Positions 47,299-56,728 of a stretch of 64,000 nucleotides of DNA are shown here, piece after piece. Position 1 is the stretch's first letter, and each line of letters starts with the position of its first letter. This stretch comes from Candidatus Doudnabacteria bacterium (GTDB lineage Bacteria; Patescibacteriota; Doudnabacteria; UBA920), in NCBI GenBank assembly GCA_031291995.1, contig JARLHZ010000004.1, positions 5,272 to 69,271 of the forward strand. Direction: 5' to 3'. The position numbers were made by a program, and so were the translations under genes. Below the pieces are notes generated by a model. The model ran no database searches and was not told the origin of the DNA. It worked only from the letters and a program-made list of their open reading frames with translations.

Positions 47299-48288
47299 AT
47301 GAAAAAAAGCGTTATCGTTATTCTTATAGTTATCGTTGCCGCTATCCTTGGCCTGTATTGGTATGGCAAACCTAAAGCGGGGCCGATTACCTATGGCGTG
47401 ACTTTTAGCGTGCCCGACGCCCAAAGTTTGGGGCTCGACTGGAAGCAGGCTTACGCGGCCACGCTGACCGATTTGAACGTTAAGCTCATACGCATTCCGG
47501 TTTATTGGGACGAAGTGGAAAATTCCGAGGGGCAATATAATTTTGGCGACATTGATTATATGGTAAACCTGGCCGAGCAAAATCATGCCCAGGTTATTTT
47601 GGGCATTGGCAAGCGACTGCCGCGGTGGCCGGAGTGCCATGAGCCCGACTGGGCCGGGAAACTTTCGGCGGACGCGCAACAGACCGCGCAATTGTCCTAT
47701 ATGGAAACCGTTGTGAACCGTTATTTGGATAATTCGGCTGTCAGCACCTGGCAGGTGGAAAACGAACCGTTTTTGGCATCCTTCGGCCCGTGTCCGTTGC
47801 TGGATGAGAATTTTTTTGCCACGGAAATTGCCACGGTTAAAAAGCTGGATCCGTCGCGGCCGATTTTGGTTACCGACAGCGGGGAGCTTGATTGGTGGAT
47901 AAAAGCAAGTAAGTACGGCGATGAATTTGGGACGACGTTTTACCGATACGTATATTCTGACGTGCTGAAGCGCTATTGGACTAATTTTTACTTTGCGCCC
48001 TTTGTATACAATATAAAAGCGGGTATAATGAAATTAGCGCACCCGGGAAAACCGGTACAAATAGCGGAGCTTGAAGCCGAGCCCTGGACAACGGCCGGAA
48101 TAACTTCCACGCCCATAGACCAGCAATTCGGCACCATGAGCCTGGATCATTTTAAAACCATAACCCGCCTGGCGGCACAAACCGGCTTTTCCCCGCAAAT
48201 TTTGTGGGGCGTGGAATGGTGGTATTGGATGAAGACCACGCAGGGGCATCCGGAATTTTGGAACGCGGCTAAGGAATTAATTAAATAA
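47299..48288 (+). CDS. Membrane-anchored clan GH-A glycoside hydrolase (GH5/GH42-like)
   Basis: IRIPVYWDEVE..EGQYNF, WQVENEP, IAELEAEPW. Confidence 0.8.
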   Translation: MKKSVIVILIVIVAAILGLYWYGKPKAGPITYGVTFSVPDAQSLGLDWKQAYAATLTDLNVKLIRIPVYWDEVENSEGQYNFGDIDYMVNLAEQNHAQVILGIGKRLPRWPECHEPDWAGKLSADAQQTAQLSYMETVVNRYLDNSAVSTWQVENEPFLASFGPCPLLDENFFATEIATVKKLDPSRPILVTDSGELDWWIKASKYGDEFGTTFYRYVYSDVLKRYWTNFYFAPFVYNIKAGIMKLAHPGKPVQIAELEAEPWTTAGITSTPIDQQFGTMSLDHFKTITRLAAQTGFSPQILWGVEWWYWMKTTQGHPEFWNAAKELIK

Positions 48289-48520
48289 AATTGCCCAAGA
48301 TTAAATAAAACTAAATAAAGGTTCCCCGCCGCAAGCAGCGGGGTATTACTGCAAAGACATCGCTACAATTGCGCGGCGAGCCGCGCGGTATTGAACCTGT
48401 ATTATCTCCTCGGCTCGCTCGGCCATAAATGGCCGGACTCGCTCTACGTCGCTAATAAAATTTGCTACAAATCAATTTTACTTAATTTTACTTAATTTTA
48501 GTAATTTTACTTAATGAATT
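48289..48520. repeat. Composite intergenic repeat: AT-rich 10-mer arrays around GC-rich hairpins
   Basis: (AATTTTACTT)n before the ROK ATG; TAAATAAAA-type units after the upstream stop; CCCCGCCGCAAGCAGCGGGG hairpin inside. Confidence 0.65.
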
Positions 48521-48521
48521 T

Positions 48522-49283
48522 ATGAACATAATCGGCCTGGACATCGGCGGAACAAAAATTACCGGGGCGGTTTATGACGGTAAAAAAGCCGTTGAAGAAC
48601 TTACCATTGTCACGCCGAAAAATTTGTTTGAATTTGAGCGCAACATAATTAAGTTGGTGGATTTTTTGTCGGCCAAACAAAAAATTGCCGGCGTCGGCAT
48701 AGGCATGGCTGGACTGGTGGACTCCAAATCGGGTATTGTCAGGCATTCGCCGAATATCAAATATATAAAAGATTTTAATTTGGTTAATCTGTTTAAACTG
48801 AACGGTGTAAAAAAAATTAAAATTGATAACGATGCAAGTTGTTTTGCCAGGGCGGAACTATTGACGGGGCAGGGGAGAGGCTCGCAGAATTTTTTGGCTA
48901 TAACTTTGGGTACGGGTATTGGCGGCGGCATAGTGATTGCGCGGAAGTTGTATCGCGGATCCGATAACTTTGGCGGCGAGTTGGGACACGCGATTGTCGG
49001 CGACGGATTTTTTGAAGAAAACTTTAAAAAATTCCGCGACAAGCGGGATTTTAAAAGCGCCGGTGTGTTAATTGGCAAAGCCTGCGCGTCTTTTGTAAAT
49101 ATTTTTTCTCCCGAAGCCATAATCATTGGCGGCGGATTCGGACATAACGAAAGCAAAAAATATCTGCCATACGCCAAACGGGAAATTAAGAAATATCTTT
49201 TTAACGAAAAATCGCAAGTTAAAATATTGATTACACAATTAAAAAACCCCGGCGCCCTGGGCGCCGCGCTAATGTATCATTAA
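48522..49283 (+). CDS. ROK family sugar kinase
   Basis: GLDIGGTKI, IDNDA, TLGTGIGGG, GELGH. Confidence 0.93.
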   Translation: MNIIGLDIGGTKITGAVYDGKKAVEELTIVTPKNLFEFERNIIKLVDFLSAKQKIAGVGIGMAGLVDSKSGIVRHSPNIKYIKDFNLVNLFKLNGVKKIKIDNDASCFARAELLTGQGRGSQNFLAITLGTGIGGGIVIARKLYRGSDNFGGELGHAIVGDGFFEENFKKFRDKRDFKSAGVLIGKACASFVNIFSPEAIIIGGGFGHNESKKYLPYAKREIKKYLFNEKSQVKILITQLKNPGALGAALMYH

Positions 49284-49412
49284 TTTATATGAAGAAAATT
49301 ATAATAATTTTGGGCCTTTTAACATTAATGGCGGCGGGATGCGCCAAAGTGCAGCTTCAACAAAACGTGCCGACATCGCCGGCCGCGTCTTACGAGGAGC
49401 TGCCGAAATAAT

Positions 49413-49754
49413 ATGAATGAATTTCGTAAAGTAATTAAACATATAAATGTGGAAGCTAATGAAGCCAAGCGCTCGGGAAAAGAGCCGTTCCAAAAAATGC
49501 CCGTGGATTTTAAAGGTTTTGTTGAATCGGCGAGAAACCAAAAGGAGCTTTGGCGTGGGTGGGTGTCCGAACAGAACATTACCCGGCTTTTAGCGGGGAA
49601 CCCCGGTGAATTATATGTTGTAATAGAAGGCCGAACTAAAGGTGAGTTGAAGGACTTTTTGAAATATTTGGACGATGTTCTTCCGGATATGGATGAAATT
49701 CCGGACGAAACTGCTAAATTTTGGGAAACGCTTAGAAGTCAGGCAGAGAGTTAA
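49413..49754 (+). CDS. Hypothetical protein
   Basis: 113-aa ORF followed by a terminator. Confidence 0.55.
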   Translation: MNEFRKVIKHINVEANEAKRSGKEPFQKMPVDFKGFVESARNQKELWRGWVSEQNITRLLAGNPGELYVVIEGRTKGELKDFLKYLDDVLPDMDEIPDETAKFWETLRSQAES

Positions 49755-49764
49755 AATAATTGTA

Positions 49765-49794
49765 CAAAACCCGCCAAGAGTATGGCGGGTTTTG
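49765..49794. terminator. Bidirectional terminator
   Basis: CAAAACCCGCCA-loop-TGGCGGGTTTTG. Confidence 0.8.
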
Positions 49795-49829
49795 AACGGA
49801 TTTATTCGCGTAAATTTGGGTATCATTAT

Positions 49830-50678
49830 CTATTCTTCTTCATCGGCGTCTTCGTCTTCGGCGTCGCTGTCCTCTGTCGCCGCTTTGTCACCAAATTTTC
49901 CATATTCACCGGGCTGTGCCAATTCGGCCGGGGCGGCGATTTCGGGATTTATTTCCGGCTTTATCGCAGGAGGCTGATTATTTAATTCCGATTGTATGAC
50001 GGTTTCTTCCGGCGCGGATACTGCCATTTGTGAATTATCGGGATGTTCAAGAATTGGCGTAACGGATATCGGATCCCTTGAAGCTGGGGCGGCAACCAAC
50101 GGGACATCCGGAGGATTATCGATAGTCATAGCTTCCTGGTTTAATCCCGGCGTTTCCGGCAGTTTAATTTGGCTGACAAGTTTTTCGAATTCCGGCAGTT
50201 CGCCGACCGATTGCAGACCAAGGTTCATCAGAAATTCCGTGGTGGTTTGGTACAAAAAACTGCGCGCGTCGTGCGGGTTGGGGATTTTTTCTATGAGTCC
50301 TCTCATAAGCAAACTGCGGACGCTGTATTGGGAGTTTACCCCTCTTATGGCCTCGATTTCCGCTTTGGAAATCGGCTGGCGGTAGGCGATTATAGCGAGG
50401 ACTTCCACTGTGGCGTCGGTCAGTTTTTCCCGTAATTCGGCGTTTAGGAAATTTTTTACCTGGGGGGAATATTTGCTGTTGGTCGATAATTGAAATTCGC
50501 CGTTGTTATCGAGCAGGACAATCCCGTCGTCTTTTTTCCGTTCGGCCAAATTGGCCAGCGCCTGCTGGACGGCAGACTCTTCCAATTCCAAAATTTTTGC
50601 CAGCTCCCTGGCTTTCAACGGCTTGCCGGCTACAAAGAGTATGGCTTCCAAAGTTTTTATCAGGTGTTCCTGTTCCAT
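49830..50678 (-). CDS. scpB: SMC-Scp complex subunit ScpB
   Basis: LEAILFVAG, EVLAIIAYRQPISKAEIEAIRGVNS. Confidence 0.96.
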   Translation of the reverse strand: MEQEHLIKTLEAILFVAGKPLKARELAKILELEESAVQQALANLAERKKDDGIVLLDNNGEFQLSTNSKYSPQVKNFLNAELREKLTDATVEVLAIIAYRQPISKAEIEAIRGVNSQYSVRSLLMRGLIEKIPNPHDARSFLYQTTTEFLMNLGLQSVGELPEFEKLVSQIKLPETPGLNQEAMTIDNPPDVPLVAAPASRDPISVTPILEHPDNSQMAVSAPEETVIQSELNNQPPAIKPEINPEIAAPAELAQPGEYGKFGDKAATEDSDAEDEDADEEE

Positions 50679-50902
50679 AGTAAAAATAGACCGATAATAA
50701 TTAAGATGAACGCGTAAAATAAAATAGTCGGCTTTCGGCCCAGCAAAGCCGGTACGCTGTCTTTGTCGGGGGTCGGCGGCGCTTTAATCCAGTTATGCTC
50801 TATTAAATAGCCAAAGGTGTGTTTGTAAATATCATCAAATGCCAGGCTGCCGTAGCAAATGCCGGCAAGGAGAAAGATTAGGGCGATTAGGGTTTTGGAC
50901 AT
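50660..50902 (-). CDS. Small hypothetical membrane protein
   Basis: 80 aa, two hydrophobic segments, between scpA and scpB. Confidence 0.6.
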   Translation of the reverse strand: MSKTLIALIFLLAGICYGSLAFDDIYKHTFGYLIEHNWIKAPPTPDKDSVPALLGRKPTILFYAFILIIIGLFLLWNRNT

Positions 50903-50946
50903 AAAAGATACTGATATACTAATACATACCGATAATACGGATAATA

Positions 50947-51666
50947 CTAATCGTTAGTGCTGTCAGAATTATGTTTCCTAATGACAACGTCCGCGAAAAG
51001 CGTTTCCTGGTCGGCAATAAAAATTTTCTGCTTAATGAGTTCCAACAATGCTAAAAAAGTGATTATAATTTCGCCTTTATTTTTCGCGGTTTTTAGAAGC
51101 TCGCTGAGCTTGGTCTCAATTTTGCCGCTTAACTGGATTTGCAGCTGGTTGATTTTTTCCTGAATGGAAACCGCTTCCTTGAGCTTGGCTTTGGGTAAAT
51201 TATCAAGCTCTTTTAAGCCCTTTAAAACGGTCAGTATCGCGTTATGCAGTTCCTGGGCGGTGGCCGAAGGGTCGGGATAGAAACTGATTTTTTGTTCAAA
51301 AGTAACTTCGCGTATAAAACCTTGCCGGCGGCGCGAGTCCAGTTTTTTTAAATATTTGGCGACTTCCTTAAATTGTTTATATAGCAGGAGCCGTCCTTCC
51401 AAATCAAAACCCGCGTCTTCCTCTTCTTCCTCAATTTCCAAAGTCGGCAAAATGGCCTTGGATTTTATAACCAGCAACTTCGCGGCAATGGATAAATAAT
51501 CTGCCAGGCTTGTCGGGTCAATTTGCTCCAGTTGTTTAATGTATTGGATAAACTGCTCGGTAACTTCGGCTAAGGCTATCTCGGTAATATTAAGCTGCCG
51601 TTGTTCTATAAGCGTCAGCAGTAAATCCAGCGGGCCTTCGAATTGTTTGACTTTGGTGTGGAGCAT
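50947..51666 (-). CDS. scpA: Segregation and condensation protein ScpA
   Basis: FEGPLDLLL, FLALLELIK. Start set at MLHTKV because the upstream codons are heptamer repeat. Confidence 0.95.
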   Translation of the reverse strand: MLHTKVKQFEGPLDLLLTLIEQRQLNITEIALAEVTEQFIQYIKQLEQIDPTSLADYLSIAAKLLVIKSKAILPTLEIEEEEEDAGFDLEGRLLLYKQFKEVAKYLKKLDSRRRQGFIREVTFEQKISFYPDPSATAQELHNAILTVLKGLKELDNLPKAKLKEAVSIQEKINQLQIQLSGKIETKLSELLKTAKNKGEIIITFLALLELIKQKIFIADQETLFADVVIRKHNSDSTND

Positions 51667-51702
51667 AAAATATGAAATATGAAGCATGAAACATGAAGCA
51701 TG

Positions 51703-52059
51703 TTAAGGCATTCTGCGCAACATACCCCAGAGCATTCTCGCAATTTCTTCCGCTTGTTGATTTAATTCTTGAAAATCTTTTTCCGACATGAATTTTTCGT
51801 CGTGGCAAAAATTTATCAGAAACAGCACTTCTTTTAATGAGCCATAAGAAATTTCAATAAAATTTTTGTGGACTTTTTCTTTAATTCTTGCGTATCCTTC
51901 CGTATAATTTAGAGCAACTGATATAACCGCACGTCTGAATTGAGAAGTAATGCCGTATAATTCATCCTTAGGGAATCCTCTGCAAATTTTGTATGACAAA
52001 TGGCAAAATTCCTTAATTTTGGCCTTCAAATTTTCGTGGTAAGTTTGCTCCATATTCAA
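51703..52059 (-). CDS. Four-helix-bundle protein
   Basis: FPKDELYGITSQFRRAVISVALNYTEG...SYGSLKE; ATGAA(A/G)(C/T) heptamer array at 51672-51699. Confidence 0.93.
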   Translation of the reverse strand: MNMEQTYHENLKAKIKEFCHLSYKICRGFPKDELYGITSQFRRAVISVALNYTEGYARIKEKVHKNFIEISYGSLKEVLFLINFCHDEKFMSEKDFQELNQQAEEIARMLWGMLRRMP

Positions 52060-52074
52060 TGGGTGTTTCGAGCT

Positions 52075-52641
52075 TCATTTTTTTGCTTTACTGAAATTAC
52101 CTAAAATGGGTTTCACCATCTTTTGAAAGTCTTTCAACCCGACTTCCACGCTATCGGTAAAGGTTCCGGCGCTGGCGATCATTTTCTTGGATCGGGACAT
52201 TCCTTTATCCAGTAACGTTTGCAGGTTGTATTCGGACCCGAACGGGTGGAGTAGGCCGACTTTAGTTTTTAGGTATTTGGCAATGTCTTTTTCACTCGCC
52301 ATACTTACTTTTTTCGCCTTTAAAGCTTTTTTGATGCCGCTAAAATCCACGTACTTGCCGGCGGGTAACACGATTAAAACAAAATTCACAGAATCCTTTT
52401 TCTTTATCGAACTTTTAACACTGGACGGCTCCCAGCCGTCCACCTTAACCAAAACCACCTTAGCTATTTCGCTAAGTTTCCTTTTCGTCGTCGCCCCCAC
52501 ATCGTGCGCGGTAAAAACGACTTTATGTTCTAACGTCTTATACTTAATTTTTGCCTGGTCTAAAAGTTTGGTGACTTTAGTTTGAATTATCTTGGTCTGC
52601 TTTTTAATTTTTGCTTTTTTGGATATTTTTTTCTTAGGCAT
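52075..52641 (-). CDS. YbaK/EbsC aminoacyl-tRNA editing domain protein
   Basis: EHKVVFTA...IAKVVLVK...MASE...VGLLHPFG. Confidence 0.85.
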   Translation of the reverse strand: MPKKKISKKAKIKKQTKIIQTKVTKLLDQAKIKYKTLEHKVVFTAHDVGATTKRKLSEIAKVVLVKVDGWEPSSVKSSIKKKDSVNFVLIVLPAGKYVDFSGIKKALKAKKVSMASEKDIAKYLKTKVGLLHPFGSEYNLQTLLDKGMSRSKKMIASAGTFTDSVEVGLKDFQKMVKPILGNFSKAKK

Positions 52642-52651
52642 AAATTTATTA

Positions 52652-52978
52652 TTAACTTTTTGTATAAAAAATGTAAATCAGGAAAGCAACCACAAGAATT
52701 ATGAACGCAACCGTCGCTATATAAGGGTGTTTCTGTTCAGGTAGATTATTGTTATCTTTACGAATTAATGAAACCCAAAACCAAGATATTGGACCCATCC
52801 CGCCATATTTTATCTGTAAAAAAATTTCCGCAATAAAAACGAAAATTATTAAGCCAAGAGTATATAGGACTATTGCGGCCACAGCCCATTCATAATATTG
52901 GTCTAAAATCATTAAGGCTATAAGGCCTCCAAGTAAAATTCCTATTGTGATTAATATTCCTTTTAATTGTTTCGGCAT
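52652..52978 (-). CDS. Hypothetical membrane protein
   Basis: 108 aa, three hydrophobic segments, AT-rich. Confidence 0.6.
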   Translation of the reverse strand: MPKQLKGILITIGILLGGLIALMILDQYYEWAVAAIVLYTLGLIIFVFIAEIFLQIKYGGMGPISWFWVSLIRKDNNNLPEQKHPYIATVAFIILVVAFLIYIFYTKS

Positions 52979-53016
52979 GTTTGTACTTTTATTTTAAAAG
53001 TAAAATTAAAGACATT

Positions 53017-53081
53017 TGACTGGATCCCGGATATTTTTTGCGGCTTATGATGTTCATATTCGCAAAAAAATCCGAGATGAC
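53017..53081. repeat. REP-like element (relative of 15513-15561)
   Basis: Reverse complement reads GTCATCTCGG...AAAAATATCCGGGATCCAGTCA. Confidence 0.75.
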
Positions 53082-53113
53082 GCTTGAAGTTCGGCGATAA
53101 TTCAGCGTACCTA

Positions 53114-54994
53114 TCAGCGATTATTCAGCGGTTTCTTCGGCAAATCCAATTTTATATGCAATTCCTTAAGCTGTTTTTCTTCCACGGTGCCGGGGGCGCC
53201 CATCATGACGTCTTCGGCACTGCCGTTTTTGGGGAAGGCGATGACTTCGCGGATGTTGGGTTCATTTTGAAAAAGCATTAGCATCCGGTCAATTCCCGGG
53301 GCGAATCCGCCGTGCGGCGGTGCGCCGTATTCAAAAGCGCGAATCATGCCGCCGAATTTTTCGTCCACGGTCTCTTTGCTATAGCCGCAAATTTCAAAAG
53401 CTTTGTACATTATTTCGGGTTTATAGTTGCGAATCGCGCCGGATGAAAGTTCCAGACCATTGGCAATAATATCGTATTGATATGCTCTAACCTCATCAGG
53501 TTTCTGCGTATTTAAAGCCTCCAGGCCGCCCTGCGGCATGGAAAACGGGTTATGCATAAAGTCCCAGCGCTTTTCAGTTTCGCTGTATTCAAACATCGGA
53601 AAATCCGTAATCCAGGCCCAGGCTACAACACTAGGATCCTTTAAGCCGAACATATCTCCAAGTTTGTCCCGGAGTTTGCCTAAAACTTTATTTACGATAT
53701 TTTTTTGGTCCGCGCCAAAAAATATAATATCGCCGGGCACCGCGCGGGTTTTGTTAAGGATTGATTGGATTTCATCAGCAGATAAGAATTTGAGGATGGG
53801 GGAGCGTAGCGTAATTGGTTCGTTGTCCGCGCCGTAGTGCAGGCCCGTGGCCTGCTTTTCCTGATTAGGCAGACCGGGGGCCTGCACTATATCCGAATCA
53901 GGTTGACCGCAAACAATATAAGCCAATCCTCCCGCGCCTTCTTTTTTAACCATTTCGGTTAACTCGTCAATCTGGCTTCGTGACATTTTCGCGCCGCCCT
54001 GGCAGCAAATGGCTTTAACCGCGCCACCGCTTTTAATCGCGTTGCCGAAAACGAAAAATTTAGTATCCTTTAAATCTTCGGTTAAATTTACCATCTTCAT
54101 GTCAAACCTCAAATCGGGTTTGTCGCTGCCGTACAAATCCATTGCCTCCAGATAGGGGATGCGGGGAAACGGTTTTTGCCAGACTTTTTTACCGGCAAAT
54201 TTTTCTGTAAGCTCAACAAACAGCGGTTCCATCTCATTAAATACGACCTCATCTTTGTCGGCAAAAGCTATTTCCAAATCAAGCTGGTAGAATTCTCCGG
54301 GGCTTCTGTCGGCGCGCGGGTCCTCGTCGCGGAAGCACGGGGCAATTTGGTAATATTTCGGTACGCCGCCGGTCATGAGCAGCTGCTTAAACTGCTGCGG
54401 CGCCTGGGGTAAAGCATAAAACTTGCCCGGATGTAATCGGGACGGAACTAAAAAGTCGCGCGCGCCTTCGGGCGACGAAGACGTTAAAATCGGTGTGGTA
54501 ATTTCTATAAAACCATGCTCGGTCATGTAGTGATGAATAGTCTGGATCATCTGGTGCCTTTTTTTCAACATGATTTGCATTTTTTCCCGCCGCAAATCCA
54601 AAAAGCGGTATTTTAACCGCAAATCTTCGTTTATATCCGCCTGTTCGCCATGGCCGTGCGCCACCTGGAAGGGGAGAGGCTTGGAAGAATTTAAGACAGT
54701 GATTGACAACGTTAAAATTTCCACGCCGCCGGTGGGCAAATTTTCATTTTTAGTTTCAGCCGAGCGTTCAATAATTTTTCCTTCGGCCTTGATAACAAAT
54801 TCGTCGCGGCATTTGTCCGCCACGGCAAAAGCTTCCTTGTCCTCGGGGTGAATTGCGAGCTGGACTATTCCGGTGTGGTCACGCAGGTCAATAAAAATCA
54901 CGCCGCCGTGATCGCGCCGTGAGTTTACCCAGCCGGAAACCGTAACTTCATGCCCAACCAATTTGGGCGTTTCTAATGCGTATGTTCTTCCCAT
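53114..54994 (-). CDS. aspS: Aspartyl-tRNA synthetase (likely non-discriminating)
   Basis: RRDHGGVIFIDLRD (His variant), PEGARDF, CFRDED, PPHGGFAPGIDR. Start set at MGRTY. Confidence 0.97.
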   Translation of the reverse strand: MGRTYALETPKLVGHEVTVSGWVNSRRDHGGVIFIDLRDHTGIVQLAIHPEDKEAFAVADKCRDEFVIKAEGKIIERSAETKNENLPTGGVEILTLSITVLNSSKPLPFQVAHGHGEQADINEDLRLKYRFLDLRREKMQIMLKKRHQMIQTIHHYMTEHGFIEITTPILTSSSPEGARDFLVPSRLHPGKFYALPQAPQQFKQLLMTGGVPKYYQIAPCFRDEDPRADRSPGEFYQLDLEIAFADKDEVVFNEMEPLFVELTEKFAGKKVWQKPFPRIPYLEAMDLYGSDKPDLRFDMKMVNLTEDLKDTKFFVFGNAIKSGGAVKAICCQGGAKMSRSQIDELTEMVKKEGAGGLAYIVCGQPDSDIVQAPGLPNQEKQATGLHYGADNEPITLRSPILKFLSADEIQSILNKTRAVPGDIIFFGADQKNIVNKVLGKLRDKLGDMFGLKDPSVVAWAWITDFPMFEYSETEKRWDFMHNPFSMPQGGLEALNTQKPDEVRAYQYDIIANGLELSSGAIRNYKPEIMYKAFEICGYSKETVDEKFGGMIRAFEYGAPPHGGFAPGIDRMLMLFQNEPNIREVIAFPKNGSAEDVMMGAPGTVEEKQLKELHIKLDLPKKPLNNR

Positions 54995-55179
54995 AAAACC
55001 GCTGATCAAACGCGGATAGCTACGCTGATACCACGCTGACAGCCAATTCCGCCCTCGTCCGATAGACAGTCGGCAGGGCATTAATATTATGCCCTAATTA
55101 TATCGTAAATGCGGATTTTTGCCAAATAGTTTTATTTTGAATATAATGGATAAAGTTTGATAAATAATCGAAATAAAAA

Positions 55180-55758
55180 ATGTTAAAAAAGATAGTTTTG
55201 GATCTTGAAACCCAGAAATCTTTTCAGGATGTCGGGGGGCGGGGAAAGAATCATTTGTTAAAAATTAGCGTGGCCTGCATTTACGATTATTCGACGGGTA
55301 AATATTCCTCTTTTGAAGAATATGAGCTTCCCAAACTGGCTCCCATTTTACAGACCGCGGACCAGATTATCGGTTACAACATTAGAGATTTTGATTTTCA
55401 GGTTATTCAGCCGTATTTAAATTTTAATGTTTCCGAGGTGCCGTATTTGGACTTGCTGGTGGAAATAGAAAAAGTTTTGCAGCACCGCATCAAGCTGGAG
55501 TTGGTGGCGCAGGGGACACTGGGTACCGGTAAATCGGGCTCGGGGCTCGAGGCCCTGCTTTTTTACAAAAACGGCCGGATGGATTTGCTGAAAAAATATT
55601 GTCTGGATGACGTAAAAATTACCAAGCAGGTTTACGATTACGCCATAAAAAACGGCAAACTTTTATATAAAGATTTTTTTAAGACCAAGGAGATTGCTTT
55701 AAAAATCGCGGATGCCGTGCCGCGGGTGGGAGTGAAACACCAGGCGGCTTTGTTCTAA
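55180..55758 (+). CDS. RNase H-like/DEDD 3'-5' exonuclease domain protein (YprB-like)
   Basis: VLDLET, IIGYNIRDFD, YCLDDV. Confidence 0.85.
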   Translation: MLKKIVLDLETQKSFQDVGGRGKNHLLKISVACIYDYSTGKYSSFEEYELPKLAPILQTADQIIGYNIRDFDFQVIQPYLNFNVSEVPYLDLLVEIEKVLQHRIKLELVAQGTLGTGKSGSGLEALLFYKNGRMDLLKKYCLDDVKITKQVYDYAIKNGKLLYKDFFKTKEIALKIADAVPRVGVKHQAALF

Positions 55759-55879
55759 CACGCGGAATGGGCGCAGATATGTACGCTGATTAGGCCGCTG
55801 ATATTTCGGGCATCTTCCGGGAACTGTAATATACATCGGATTTTCCGCGATCGCGCTCTCGTAGTATTTATAAAAGCGA

Positions 55880-56728
55880 ATGAAAAAATATCTTTTAGCC
55901 AGTATTATTTTACTCATCGGTTTATTTTTCTTTTTGAAAAATGTTTTTTCCGGCGGGCTAATTTTGCCCCAGACGTTCCGTCTTGGGCCGGTCGTAATTC
56001 ACTATTACGGAATAATTATGGCCGCGGCGGCCGCGGCGGGGTTTGTTTTAGCCACAAGCCGCGTGCGAAAATTTGACCTTGAACCTAAGGCGGCTGAAGA
56101 CATGCTGTTTTGGGTAATCGTTGGCGGCTTTGTCGGCGCGCGGCTGTACCATGTATTGTCTTCATTCGGATATTATCTGCAGTATCCGCTCGACGCCTTC
56201 AAAGTCTGGAACGGCGGATTGTCCATTTATGGCGCCGTCTTGGGCGGCATCTTAACCTTATGGGTTTTAAAACGCCTATTCACTAATCACTATTCACTAT
56301 TCACTATTTTAGACTGGCTCGCGCCGTCCGTTATTTTAGGCCAAATTATTGGACGTTTCGGCAACCTGTTTAATTATGAAGCTTTCGGCTACCCGACCAA
56401 TTTGCCGTGGAAAATGTTCGTGCCGGAAATATTCCGTCCCGTGCAGTTTATCCGGTCGGCTTATTTTCATCCCTGGTTTTTGTACGAACTTTTAGGCAAT
56501 GTTTTAATTCTGACTTTCCTTTTAAAAATGGGAAAGCCGAAACGTCCGGGCCAGGTTGTTTTATTCTATATTTTATTGTATAATAGTCTGAGATTTTGCC
56601 TGGAATTTTTAAGAATTGACAGTACTTTTATCGGGGCTTTCAGGCTAAACGCGATATCGAGCCTGGTTTTGGTGCTCGCGGCCGCCGTGGGACTATTTTA
56701 TGCAAATAAGCGCACTAAGCCATCATAA
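55880..56728 (+). CDS. lgt: Prolipoprotein diacylglyceryl transferase
   Basis: HYYG, VGARLYHV, GGLSIYG, GRFGNLFNYE, HPWFLYE, RFCLEFLR. Confidence 0.95.
   Translation: MKKYLLASIILLIGLFFFLKNVFSGGLILPQTFRLGPVVIHYYGIIMAAAAAAGFVLATSRVRKFDLEPKAAEDMLFWVIVGGFVGARLYHVLSSFGYYLQYPLDAFKVWNGGLSIYGAVLGGILTLWVLKRLFTNHYSLFTILDWLAPSVILGQIIGRFGNLFNYEAFGYPTNLPWKMFVPEIFRPVQFIRSAYFHPWFLYELLGNVLILTFLLKMGKPKRPGQVVLFYILLYNSLRFCLEFLRIDSTFIGAFRLNAISSLVLVLAAAVGLFYANKRTKPS

Noticed and set aside
54995-55081. N-terminal extensions of AspS (also ScpA 51667-51687, RecG 37656-37667, ORF 31402-31494)
   Set aside because: These extensions translate repeat arrays, a hairpin element or tRNA sequence; downstream ATGs match the family N-termini.
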